Source: the human T2T-CHM13v2.0 reference genome, Homo sapiens. Taken from it: 64,000 nt of DNA. The notes beneath the pieces were generated by a model. It was given only the letters and a program-made list of their open reading frames with translations, made no database searches and was not told where the DNA came from. The first letter of the stretch is position 1, and every line of letters starts with the position of its first letter. The stretch lies in the NCBI RefSeq assembly GCF_009914755.1, contig NC_060926.1; one strand, given 5' to 3'. Made by a program: the position numbers and the translations under genes. Of this stretch, positions 12,863 through 25,800 are shown in pieces.

Positions 12863-15424
12863 ACAATGAGATCACATGGACACAGGAAGGGGAACATCAC
12901 ACTCTGGGGACTGTGGTGGGGTGGGGGGAGGGGGGAGGGATAGCATTGGGAGATATACCTAATGCTAGATGACGCGTTAGTGGGTGCAGCGCACCAGCAT
13001 GGCACATGTATACATATGTAACTAACCTGCACAATGTGCACATGTACCCTAAAACTTAAAGTATAATAAAAAAAAAAAAGAAAAAAAAAACACTGTACAC
13101 TTAGGCTATACTAATAAAAAATTCTTTCTTTAATGATAAAAAAAGAATAGATATTTTCTTAATTTTCTTATAAATAAACATAGGTTCTGTATGTTGTTTA
13201 AAACTGGAGTTGTCTGAAAAATATTTAGCACACATAAAAGTAAAAGAAAAAGGAAGCCCATTTCAGGAAGTATTAATTAAAATTGGCTTTGTAATAACCA
13301 TGAAATTCACTTTCTTGCTTGATGGAGATACAGAACTTTTGATTTGAGTCATACGGACAATCTAGGATGTTGTGAGGGAGTACAGAAAGTATGCACCTGA
13401 AATGTAATAAACTTAGAAAGAAAAGATCTCTACTGACAAATCACTTTTATTTGACACCTCAGTGGTGAACACTGAGCTCTGACAGATTTGAAATTAGCAT
13501 GTGAATTCATTTTGGTAAGTGAATAGGGAAACATTGTTTTGTCACACAATGATGATCTATTGAAGAAAGCAACCATTCTACCAGAAAACTTGCTTTCTTT
13601 GATGTATATGTATTCAATGGGGCAGAGCTTGACAGCTGCTTTATTTAGGAAAAAACACCATTAATACTGAAATTCTTAATGTATAGCTGCAACTGGTTTT
13701 TAGAGTCAAACATGGGCCCAATTTGAGCTAATATTGGTACAAAGACCCTGTAGCTCTCATTGCCGGACTACTTTACATAGTCTATAGGAATAGCTGTGTG
13801 ATTTGACTCTATTCTGGGAGCTGGCTTTGATCAGAAATAATTTCTGTCATATAAACAATATTTTGATAAGCTTCCTATATTCCATGTTTGTACTATGATG
13901 ATAGTTCATCCCCTTGGAATTATCAGTAGGATAATTGGGTCCTGAAGACCTGCTCAATTAGTGTTTTCTTTTATGAGGCACTCTATCCCTTGGAAAGCAG
14001 GGGCATTTACTACTCAATGCAGAACCTGAGACAAAGCATTACAAATCATAACTTATAATAACAAATGCTAATATTAAGATATTACAATTCATCCGTCAAA
14101 GGTCTATTTTTCAAAGATGGCTTTTTTTTAAGGCTTTGGTTTTTCTCCTTGGCAAAGTGAAGGCCTCTTCCCCATACTGGGCTCTAACATCCTCCAGGGT
14201 GGAGCACTGACATGAGACAGTCGGAAAAAGCCATGTGACTACCCCGGTCTGAGGGGCTATTTGCCTTGTAGCTTTTAAAAGCAAGGTCAGAGTTTCTGTC
14301 ACTATTTTCACAGTTGGACTCCAACTTGAGATTCACAGAACAAATCACAGGAGGCAACCACAACCAAGTCTTGTTCTCCGTGTACTGGCCTCTGCCTGAG
14401 GCAGCCATTTTGTCAGTGTCTGCATTTTACCTCCTCTCAATACATAGCGGGGAGAATAGTTGCTGCTAAATGAGTTCATAAAAATTCAAAGGCAGTTGAC
14501 AGAAAAAATAGTTGGTCAAAAGAAGGAAAATTTATGATAAGAGTTTATTTGCAAAATGAAAAAAAAACCTGGGCTTTCACTTTCCAGGAAAATTTGTGAA
14601 GTGCTGTTTTCTTTGACTGATACATCATTACCTTAAGCGAAATTGAGGAATTGAAGCAATTCTGTAAACATTATAGGCAAAGCCGTCAATCAGGGTTTTA
14701 CCTCATATACAGAAATAAACTCTTTTGTGTGTGTGTGTGTGTATAGATAATTTAATTTTTGCCTTTTGAATAATTAATGTGAAAGCTCCTGTTTTAACCC
14801 AGTTCAGGTTTTGGTTTGCTTCTGTCACATTTGTGGCAAGTGCTTTGTTACAATTGGAAAGTGGTTTTTGCTCACTTTTTCTTGTACTCCATTTATAAGT
14901 CAAACTCAAAGGAATGTATTTTTTAGCAAGTAACCAGAGACACTCTGAAAATCGAAAAGATGAAATAACTGCTAAAGACTGAGGGAGTCAAGGGGTGTTC
15001 TGATAACCTGTAGCTCCCAGGGCAGACATTAGGGCTGTCCTGACTGGTCCACTTACCACCCCCTTCAAAACTGCAAGCCTCCTGTCTGCCAGGCCAGAGA
15101 GAAAGACAAGACAAGTAAAGGAGAAGGTTACACAAACATATGGGAGGGTAAAGAGAACATCAAAATCATAATGTGATGGGCGTGCAATGGAATTTGGAGT
15201 CCACTGGTTCAGTATTTCTTAAATCATTATCTGAGGGCTGCCTGGAAGAATTACCACTCCTCTCCACTGAATCAGGCTTCATGCAGTTGTAGGCCTAGGT
15301 ACAAGCACACCAGGGAATTTTAAAATACATGTTAATAGTTGCAAATCACTGATACTGATCCAATGTTTCTTTAAAAACTATTGATTTAATTTGGTCACAT
15401 CATCATCAATATCATAATGGATAG

Positions 15425-15625
15425 AGTTTATTGATAATTTAGATTTGCAGGGCACTGTGCTTTGTAAGATTTACCTTTAACCTTTGCAATAATCTATAAA
15501 TTAGAGTCACATAAGCTATTGCAAGTAAAAGGAAATATCAGAGGAACTTTTCCAAGTTTTACAACAGTTAGTTAGGGACAGAATCGGAATTAAATCTGTC
15601 TTCTGACTCTAGAGTCTTTACTCTT
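15425..15625 (-). mobile_element. MIR remnant
   Basis: tttattga..cagggcactgtgct..tttaacctttgcaataatctat..aacttttccaag..acaacagttagtt..tctgactctagagtc; antisense MIR pattern. Confidence 0.55.
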
Positions 15626-16384
15626 GAATGCTTTGTAGATTAAAAAATATGCTTTCTGTAGAGACTCTAAAGTAGGGTGAATAAATAGGAAATGTTAAAA
15701 AAATACCATTAACTTGAATACCTGAAAGATAGTCTGGAAAGCTTAATCTCATCTAGTCTGTTGTATTAACAGAAATGTTGGAGTTGGTCACGAGGTAGAA
15801 AAAAGGAACATGGGGATATGGAACATAAAATAAGACCATCCTAAATTCTCTAAAAATTTCCTAAGGAACTTGGAATCTGCATTGGCAAATGACAAGTGAA
15901 GAATAGTAAAGAGTCTTTTGAGTGATTGGGAAAGATAATTTTAGTTCCAAATTTAGAATTCGCATTTTCTTAATATTCTTTCCATTCACTTTGTTAGGTT
16001 CCACTCTGTTTGCTGAAAGTACCTGGCGTAATACTACATCACAGGGTTAGATTTTAAAAAAAATATTTGCATTAGGCCATAAAATAGTCCTACTGCCCTG
16101 AGATGATTAGTGTGCAGCAGATCCAGCACAAAATGGTTCAAATAGTTCAAAGGAGTCATAGCTTAATATGAGCATAGTTTTGATTTAACTCTTCCTATAG
16201 ATATGCCCTCTGTTCAAGGACCTTATGCTTTTATAATGTATGTGACATCATCAGTACATGTTTATCATAGAACTTTGTGATAAGTCCTTTGTGTCATTCC
16301 AGGGCTTTTGCAGCTAAGTCTTGTTGAGTGCCAAGGAAACTAGTTGTAAAATTGAATCTGACAGCTGTTAATATTCCTATTCAC

Positions 16385-16665
16385 TGAAAAAGTGCATTCC
16401 GTTAGCATAAGTCACATAGGATACTTTGTGAAAGGGTTTCATGATCACAGACATTTTGGAAATTCCATATGATACTCCACTCCTTGCAAATTTACAATGC
16501 ATACTTCAGTGTATTACAAGTTAGGAGAAATTCTTTGTGAAATTAATTTTATCTTTGCTAAATCCAGAATTTCACAAGTTTATTTCACATAGAACTCTTT
16601 TCTGCACATATTTCGTATATAATGTGGAATTAATATTCAATTAAATACCAGATGGGAAAAACTGT
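16385..16665. mobile_element. Old hAT-Charlie remnant (MER103C/Charlie4-like)
   Basis: tttacaatgcatacttcagtgtattaca..gagaaattct..aatccagaatttcacaagtttatttcacatagaactctttt; related sequence in opposite orientation at ~43740-44020. Confidence 0.45.
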
Positions 16666-16999
16666 ATTGGTGTTTTAATATAAAAATAAAGTATTTGTTG
16701 GAGTATAATACTACCTCCTTCCTCTCTTTCCTGTCTTGCAATTAATTATAAAAAGTCATCTTTCTAGCTCTTCAGATTTATCATGATGTCTTGATAGACA
16801 AGAAGCCTCTTTAGGTCCTGTGGAAACAATGATAAGACTGCATTTTAGAGAATATTTTATTCAGGGAATGTGTAAATGGAACATTTAAAAATATAAAAGA
16901 TTTGCAAGATCATCATGAAATTATACCAAAATACATTTAATATATGCTTTGTTAGTAAATGCTATATTAAACAGTGGCCTGTGCTGGAATGAATTACTG

Positions 17000-17165
17000 T
17001 CATAAGTCATAAGAAAGACCTGGTTTCAAACCATAGCTCTCCACAATGTTATTTTATGCCCTGGGACGATTTCTCTAACCTCCTCATTTGTAAAATGTGG
17101 TTGAAAATGACTAATTTATAGGTGTGTGAAGAGGGTGTGGATGTATTCTATGTAAAACACCTTGA
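17000..17165 (+). mobile_element. MIR remnant
   Basis: agacctggtttcaaaccatagctctccac...cctcatttgtaaaatgtgg...tatgtaaaacac; MIR core. Confidence 0.6.
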
Positions 17166-17589
17166 GAGAAAAAAATTATAGAAGTGAAAATATAAAAAGA
17201 CAATGAGGCCAGCTGATATTTTACTTAATATAAGTATATTTTTCTTTTATGTGTGTATAAAACATGTTTTATTATATTAAACATAAAAGTTGTTTCTACA
17301 TTCTACTAAACACCCTGATGAAAAATTAAAACAAAATTAACCAATCACTGCTAATTATGTAAACAACCAGATGTTTGACGTTGAATAGATAAACATCTGG
17401 TTCACAAATTTAGTTTTTTACTTTTCATATGCAAGTTGGGATGATGCTGATTGATGTATATTTCTGTAAAAATTTTTCAAAGTAACAGGCATGTGACTGG
17501 TACAAAATAAATAAGGTATGGAGCAGGGAAAACATTCTAATTTTAGGTTAATTTTAATCTCAGAATTAATATTTACTCTTCAATTTCAT

Positions 17590-18520
17590 ATCCCATTCAA
17601 TTAATTGAACAATATTGTAACTTTATGATATACCAAGTCCTGCATTAGACAATATGGACTTAAAAATAAACAAAATAATCCTGCATAGAGATAGATCATA
17701 TTAGAAAGAAAACAAATTCTTGCAACAATGAAAATTTAACATTAGCATTGAAGTAGCATCAGGGTGCCACAGGCATACAAGTAGGCTCCTTTGCCCTCTT
17801 CTAGCTAGAGGAATTGGGTAGGAGAAGAAATGTCTGGGAAAATTTCCAAGGTGAAGACGATATTGGGGTTGAGTAATAAGTATAAGCTGAAAGGAGGAGG
17901 AGGTGATGGGCATTCAGGGAGCTCATGAATTTGCCTCTGGAGCTTTAGATCTACATGCAGGTTGTTTGAAAGATGAGACAAAGAAGGCAAAATTCTAACT
18001 AGCTTTCTCTTATAGTCAGTGGGAGTGATGTGCTGCTGCCCAGAATGTGAGGGCAGGAGTGTTAAGGATGGATTGTTTAGGGAGATAGGTAACCAGTAAG
18101 AAGAATATAATATTTTTCTGGGATTATAAAATTCATACTTTAGAAGAGGACCGGTTGTAGACATACAGATGAGCTAAAAGTAATCTGAGTTGGTGATACT
18201 AGGAGTGGGGAGTGAAGAAGAGTAAAGTTTGCAGATGTCTTTCAGTTTCTGCTGAGTGAAATTATTGGCCTCTCCATGTAAGACAGGAAAGGAGAAACAA
18301 ACAACGGTGTGGATAAATATGGTGAATTTGGATTTTGACATCCATGTGAGCTGTAAAAGGGAGATATCTAGAAGGTCTCAAAAATAAGTGGTCTGGGTTG
18401 AAAAACAGATTTTGCAGATGTTGAAATTCAATCAAGAATAAGAAGAAATACTATAAACATTATAAACACTGAATTGAAATTTAATCTATGGGTTTATTTA
18501 AACAATAGCCCAGAACACCA
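17590..18520 (-). mobile_element. L2 LINE 3' remnant
   Basis: Starts cattcaattaattgaacaatattg (antisense L2 tail), followed by purine-rich L2-like sequence (gaatttggattttgacat, agatatctagaagg). Confidence 0.55.
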
Positions 18521-19222
18521 ATGTGGTGGGCATCTATTTTGAAATTGATTCACTATGGATTTAATAAACTAATGCCTTTGGATAATCAAAAAATTGAAAA
18601 TACTTTGTTATTTGTGCTCTGGTGGAATCTGTGAGCAGTGATGCCAATGCTGTTTTATGTTGATCATAGCTAGAACTGCATGAGTTTGTGGGTTACTTTC
18701 TACAAGACCATTTCATTCTAATTGGAATGCTAATGATGTGAGAGGTGCTATGTACCCTAGAGTCTATTTGTATATTTAAAGGAAACTATTTTTAATTCAT
18801 TTTTTGTCTATGAGTCTAAATAGCAGAAATAGATGTAAGTGCCTCTAAAACTGTTGAATAATTCTATGATATATGGATTTGGAAATAGTATGACTTACTT
18901 TGTGATAGAAATATTTTGGGTGAGAATCCAAAATATTGAAGTTGTCCTTAATATTGACAATGTCTCAACTCATCCTGTGGTGTCTATAACTAATAGTAAT
19001 AGTAATAGGACCTGTTAGGTGGAACCAGATATTGATCCCTATCATCAGGCTGTAGAGTCCATGACTCACTGTGATTTTACTTGATTTATAGAGCCAAGAA
19101 GATTTTAGTTTTGGGCTAGTGCTTGGGATGAAACACTAATATACACCTTTGAATTAAAGGTGAAGCTAAACTTCTGAAGAGGTCAGGGCTTTGCAACCCT
19201 CCACAGCAAGATCTGAGATATA

Positions 19223-22196
19223 CTCAGAGCTTGAAGACTGGATGTCAAAAATGACTAAATCAAAACAAAGAAAAAACAGTAAAGAAGAATGACCAAAACC
19301 TCTGAGAAATATGGGATTATATGTAAAAAGATCAAATCTATGACTAATTGGCCTTCCAAAAAGAGAGGGAGAGAAACCACACAACTTGGAAAACATATTT
19401 CAAGATATTGTCCATGAAAATTTCCTCAATCTTGCTGGAGAGGCCAATATTAAAATTTGGGAAATACAGATAACCTCTGCAAAATACTACACAAGAAAAC
19501 CATCCCCAGTACACATAGTCATTAGATTCTCCAAGGTTGAAATGTAAGAAAAAATGTTAAAAGTAGCTAAAGAGAAGGGGCTGGTCACTGACAAAGGGAA
19601 CCCCATCTGGCTAACTGCAAAACTATCAGCAGAAACCCTACAGGCTAGAAGGGATGGAGGGCTGATATTCATCATTCTTTAAGCAAAAGTATTTTCAGTC
19701 AATAATTGTATATCCAGCCAAACTAAGCTTCGTAAGTGAAGGAGAAATAAGATCCTTTTCAGACAAGCAAATGCTAAGGGAATTCATTAACACCAGACCT
19801 ACTTTACAAGAAGTCCTGAAGGAAGTGCTAAGTGTGGAAAGCAAAGACCATTATTGGCCACTACAAAAACACACTTAAGTACATAGCCACTACAAAGCAA
19901 CCACAGAAACAAGTCTGCATAATAACCAGCTGTTAACATGGTGAGAGGATCAAATCTGTACATATCAATATTAACATTGAATGTAAATGGGCTAAATGCA
20001 CCAATTAAAAGCCACAGAGGGGCAAGTTGAATAGAAGCAAAACCCAACAGTGTGCTGTCTTCGAGAGACCCATCTCATATGCCATGACACCCACAGGCTC
20101 AAGTAAGGGAATGGAGAAAAATCTACCAAGCAAATGGAAAACATAAAATTCATGGGTTACCATTCTAATTTCAGACAAAACAGATTTTAAACCAAGAAAG
20201 ATTAAAAAAGACAAAGAAGGGCATTACATAATGGTAAAAGGCTCAATTGAACAAGAGGACTTAACTATTCTAAATATATATGCACCCAACACAGGAGCTA
20301 CAGATTCATTTTGAAAGTTCTTAGAGATCTACAAAGAGACTTAACCACTCAATGATAGTGGGAGACTTCAACACTCCACTGACATTATTAGATAGATCAC
20401 TGAGGAAGGAAACTAACAAAGATATTTGGGACCTGAACTCAATACTTGAGCAATTGGACCTAATAGATATCTACAGAACTCTCCAAACAAAAACAACAGA
20501 ACATACATTCTTTTCATCTGCACATGGCACATAATGTAAAATCAACCACACAATTGGGCATAAAACAATCCTCAGCAAATTTTTTAAAAATGAAACTATA
20601 CCAACAATACTCGCAGAACACAGTGCCATAAAAGTAGAAATTATTGCTAAGAAAATCATCCAGAAGCAGACAATTACATGAAAATTAAACAACTTTCCCC
20701 TGAATAAATTCTGGGTAAATAATGAAATTAAGGCAGAAATCAAGAAATTATTTGAAACTAATGAGAAAAAAGATGCAACATACCAGAAACTCTGGGACAC
20801 AGCCAAAGCAGTGGTAACAGTGAAGATCATAGCACTAAATACCCACATCAAAAAGTTAGAATCATCTCAAATTAACAATTTATCATTGCAATGAGAGTAA
20901 GTAGAGTAATGAGAGAAAGCAAATCTCAAGGCTAGAAGAAGACAACAAATAACTAAAATAGTAGCTGAACCAAAGGAAAAGGAGAAGCAAAAACCATACT
21001 AAAGATCAGTGAATCCAGGAGCTAGTTCTTTGAAAAAACTAATAAATAGATGTCCTGTCTTCATATTTGGATGCCTTTTATTGTTTTCTTTTGCCTGATT
21101 GCTATGGGTGAGACTTCCATTACTATATTGAATAAAAGTGGTGAGAGAGGGTATTCTTATCTTTTTCTGGTTTTCAAGAGGAATGCTTCCAGCTTTTTCC
21201 CATTCAGTATGAAGGGTTTTTCATAGATGTGGGTTTTTTCATAGATAACTATTATTATTTTGAGGTATGTTCTTTCAATAGCTAGTTTGTTGAGGATTTT
21301 TAGCTTGAAAACATGTTGAATTTTATTAAAGCCTTTCTGCCTGTATTGAGATAATCATGTGTTTTTGTCTTTAGTTGTGTTTATGTGATCAATCACATCT
21401 ATTGGTTTGTATATGTTAAACCAACCTTGCATCCCAGGGATAAAGCCTACTTGATCATGGTGGATTAGCTTGTTGATGTACTTCTGGTTTCAGTTTGCTT
21501 TGCTGTATTTTGTATTTTTGTATCTATGTTCATTAATAATATTGGACTGCAGTTTTCTTTTCTTTGTGTGTGTCTCTGCCAGGGTTTGGTATCAGGATGA
21601 TGATGTCCTGATAGAATGAGTTAGAGAGGAGTCCCTCCTTCTTAATTTTTTGGAATAGTTTCAGTAGACATAATAGCAGCTCTTCCTTATACATCTGGTA
21701 GCAATAAGCTGTGAAACCATCTGGTCCTGGGCCTTTTCTGTTTGCTAGATTTTGTATTTCTGATTCAGTTTCAGAACTTCTTTTTGGTCATTTCAGGGAT
21801 TCAATCTCCTCCTACTTCAGTCTTGGAAGAGTCTATATGTCAATGTATTTATCCATTTGTTCTAGGTTCTCCAGGTTTTGTGCATAGGGGTGTTCATAAT
21901 AGTGTCTCTTTTTTTTGTATCTCAATGGGGTAAGTGGTAATGTCACCTTTGTTCTCACTTACAAGTGGGAGCTAAACTTTGAGTACATATGGACACAAAG
22001 AATGAAACAATAGACACTAGGGCCTGCTTGAGGATGAAGGACAGGAGGAGGATGAGGATTAAAAAACTGCTTATTGGCTACTATGTTTATTGCCTGGGCG
22101 ACAAAATAATCTGTATACCAAAGCCCTGTGACATGTATTTACCTGTATAACAAAACTGCATATGTATCTCTGAACCTAAAATAAACATTAAAATTA
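19223..22196 (+). mobile_element. L1PA15/16-like element with an internal inversion (sense-antisense-sense)
   Basis: TSD aagatctgagatata 19208-19222 / aagacctgagatata 22197-22211. Sense ORF1 and ORF2 EN (IVGDFNTPL) 19223-~21050, antisense ORF2 ~21051-21950, sense 3'UTR 21951-22196. Confidence 0.9.
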
Positions 22197-22875
22197 AAGA
22201 CCTGAGATATAATCTTCTATATTATTTCAGCTCTTCAGTGACATAATCTGGAATACATCTCAGTTTCCTGATAGCCAGGGAATCTTGGTTCTATTTTACA
22301 CTGACAGTATATGTTTCTAATACCAAAATAACTATTGTCTGTTTATTGCTTTACCAACATTAAAAAGGAAAATGATATTATTTCATTTATTGAGGGCTAA
22401 TAGTATATTTTAACATCTGATAAGGCTAGTTCACTGTCATTGCTCTTATTTCAATGCTTTTCTTTATAACTTGCTGTTAATACATAAAATTCATACTAAA
22501 TGCTTCTGTATGGACTTGTAAAGTGAGAAAATTTCTTATATATATATATATACACACACATACACAAACACTGTCATTATAATACCAAGTTAAAAATAAT
22601 TTCTAAGTAGTTTTTAAATATCTAGTCCATATTGAAATGTCCTAGATTACACTCCAGTATTCAGAATCTACATATCGCATTTTGCTTAAGTCTCTTTAAA
22701 TCTTGAAGAATTCCTCTGACCACACCCACACCCACACATTCACAAAGAATATTTTTTCATGACACAATCTAGTGTAGAGAAGGGGGTCAGTCGTTCTTTA
22801 GAATATTTTGCATTCTGTACTTGCCTTCTTTTTTCTAACTGTCCTTGTATATTTATTTTATATATCAGCTTGTAT

Positions 22876-25800
22876 AGATAAAAATTTCTGCTTCCATCCA
22901 TGATGGAGTAACAAGAACTGGATTCATTAACCGACCTTGAAACAATGAATAACTTTTACTAAATATATGAAACAACAGATTTCTGATGTTGACCCACAAG
23001 CAGCACAGAACAGTAATCCTTGAGACGGGAGACACAAAGTGAGCCCTAGATTTGCTCCAGCTTATTTCCTGGAGTGAATTTCCAGGTCGAATATAGCTCT
23101 GGATAGGGGTATGCATACAGAGTCTAGCAGTATGTCTGAGTTGAGAAGACAGTATTAAAAGTTTGGGCGGTGGGAGCAAGATGACTAGAATTTGTGGAGC
23201 AGAATACCTTAGAGTACAGACCACACACATAGAAAGATAGACAGAGAGAGACATTTTTGAGGGACATTCAGAAGGACATTTTTGAGTCTTTGGCTCAGTT
23301 CAGATCAGTGTAGATATGTACCTTTTACTGCAAGTAAAAGATACCTGGAAAACCCCCAAACAAAATAAGAGGACATATCTGTAAATAATAACACCGGTCA
23401 GAGACAAAATCAAAAACAAAAATAGAAAGTATTTGGGATGGAATGAAATTTAAAAAGAGACAAAATTCTTGGAGTGCAGTTAATATAGTGCCTAAGGAAA
23501 CTTATAGTATTAAACACTTCAGGTAGTACAGAAGAAGATGGGTGTCACATCAGTGACCTAAGTATCCTTCTTAAGATGTTAGGGTCAAAAAAGCCAATTT
23601 AAACTAAAATAACTAGGAGAAAGGAAATGATGACAAAAGCAGAAATAAATAGGATATAAAATGGAAAAATAAAAACAGAAGATCAATGACATAGAAAGCT
23701 TTCTTTGAGGATATCAACAAATTTAGTAAACCTTTAGCCAGATTGATCAGGGTAAAGGAGTGAAGATATGTTACTGATACCAAGTTGAGAGAGGGAACAA
23801 CACTAAAGTTCCCATAGACTTAAAAAGGATAAAAATAGCAATTTATAAACAAATTTATACCAACACTTTGAAAACTTAGATTAAATAAAGTTCCTGAAAG
23901 ACATAATCTACAAAAATCTCACTCAAGAAGAAATAGGTACCCCAAAAAGCCCTAGATCTAGATTCTTCTAATAAGAATTGAATTTGAGTCAAAAATTTCC
24001 ACACTGAAAACTTCCAGCCAAATACCTTGACTGATCAATTTCACCAAACACTAGAGGAAGAGATAATAGCAATTTTATACAAACTGTTCCTGCAAATTCA
24101 AAGGTAAGAACATTTCCCAATTCTTTCTATGCAGCCATTATTACCATGAAAACAGAAACAATGACATTACAAAAAAAGAATGCTACTGACCAACATCCCT
24201 TATAAATATAGACCCAAAACTTCTTAACAAAACTTAGCACATCAAATCTAGTATTAAATGAAAAGAATATGCATTTTGATCAAAGGAAGTTGATGTGAAA
24301 AATGAAAGACTGGTTCAATACTAAAAAAATTATGCAATCCACCATATTTGCAGTCTAAATAAGAAAAGCATCATGATCATATTAATGGATACAGAAAAAA
24401 AATTTATAAAATGTAGCACATCTTCCTGATAGTAAATACTCTCAGTAAACTAGTGATAGGAACTTCCTTAAATTGATAAATTTATCTATAAAATATCTGT
24501 ACTAACATAATATTTAATGATGAAAGAATGCACTCTTTTTCAGTAAGGATGAGGTATGAGGTAAGAATGTCTATTCCCCCAGTTTTTATTCCAAACTGCA
24601 TTGAAGGTCTTACCAAGTGCAAAAAGTTAAGAAAATAAAATACACATATTTGAAAAAAGAAAGTAAAACTGTCTTTATTTTCAGATAACATGATTATCCA
24701 TATATAAAACCTAAGAAATCTATAAAAAGTATAAAAAGTTAGTGAATTTAGGAAGGGTGCAAGATATAAGATCAATATATAAAAATTAACAGAAAAGTAA
24801 AACTTATATTTCCATATAGTAGCAACAAACAGGCAGAAATGGGAATTTAAAGAGAATTCTATTTAAAATAGCTTCAAAAATACAAAAATTTTTGAGAAAA
24901 ATTTGACAATATGTTAAATACCTTTACATTAAAACTATAATATATTGCTAAGAGAAATTTAAGAGATTATAAATAAATGGTGAGATGTATCAAGTTCTTG
25001 CATTGTAAGTTTTACCGTTGTTGAGCTATCAATCTCCCTAAATCAGTTCATAGTTTCAATGTAATCCTAACTAAAATCCCTGCAGGCTGTTGTTTGGGGA
25101 GGATGGCAGTACTTGCTAACTAGATTCTAAAATGTATATGGAAACACAAAGGATCTAGAATAGGCAAAAACGTTTGAAAAAGAAGAAAAAAGAGCACTTA
25201 CACTATCTGACTTCCAAACTTATTATAAAGCTAGTATAATATGGATATTGTGGTTTTGCTTTAAAAAATGGCACTAAAGGCAAATATCAATGTCAGTGTG
25301 ACATAATAGAGATTCCAGAAGTAAACCCAAACATATTAATAATAATACTTAATAAATGATCAACTGATTTTTCACAAGCATATTGAGGCAATTCAGTGGG
25401 GAAAATACCATTTTAACAAATTTTTGCAGGAAATATTGAATAACCACATGAAAAACAAAACCTCAACACATATTTTATTTCATATTTTTAAAAACCTCTC
25501 AAAATAGATCATAGATTTACTTGTATGTAAGAGCTAAAGGTATAAAACTCCCAGATAAACGTATGGGAGGAGTTGGCAAAGATTTATTAGCTACAATACC
25601 CAAAGCACAATCCAAAGTAAATTGGACTTCATAAAATTAAAATATTTTCCTTTTCAAAATGCTCAAAATGAGAATGAAATTGTCAGCCACAGACTGGGGA
25701 GAAGATGTTTGCAAAACTTATATCTGACAAATGACTGCTCTGTAAACTGTATTAGGAATTTCTATAACTTAATAAGAACACACAAAAATGGGCAGAAGAT

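Larger units (their letters stand above)
11661..13142 (+). mobile_element. Young L1 (L1HS lineage, pre-Ta-like): 5'-inverted, internally gapped, with 3' transduction
   Basis: Perfect 18-bp TSD aagaatagatattttctt at 11643-11660 and 13143-13160. Antisense ORF1 piece 11661-12160, sense ORF2 end and 3'UTR 12158-13066, poly(A), 47 bp of extra sequence, then a short second A run. Confidence 0.96.

Noticed and set aside
12906-12940. G-rich potential G-quadruplex (also ~63568-63590)
   Set aside because: Standard part of the L1PA 3'UTR; not locus-specific.
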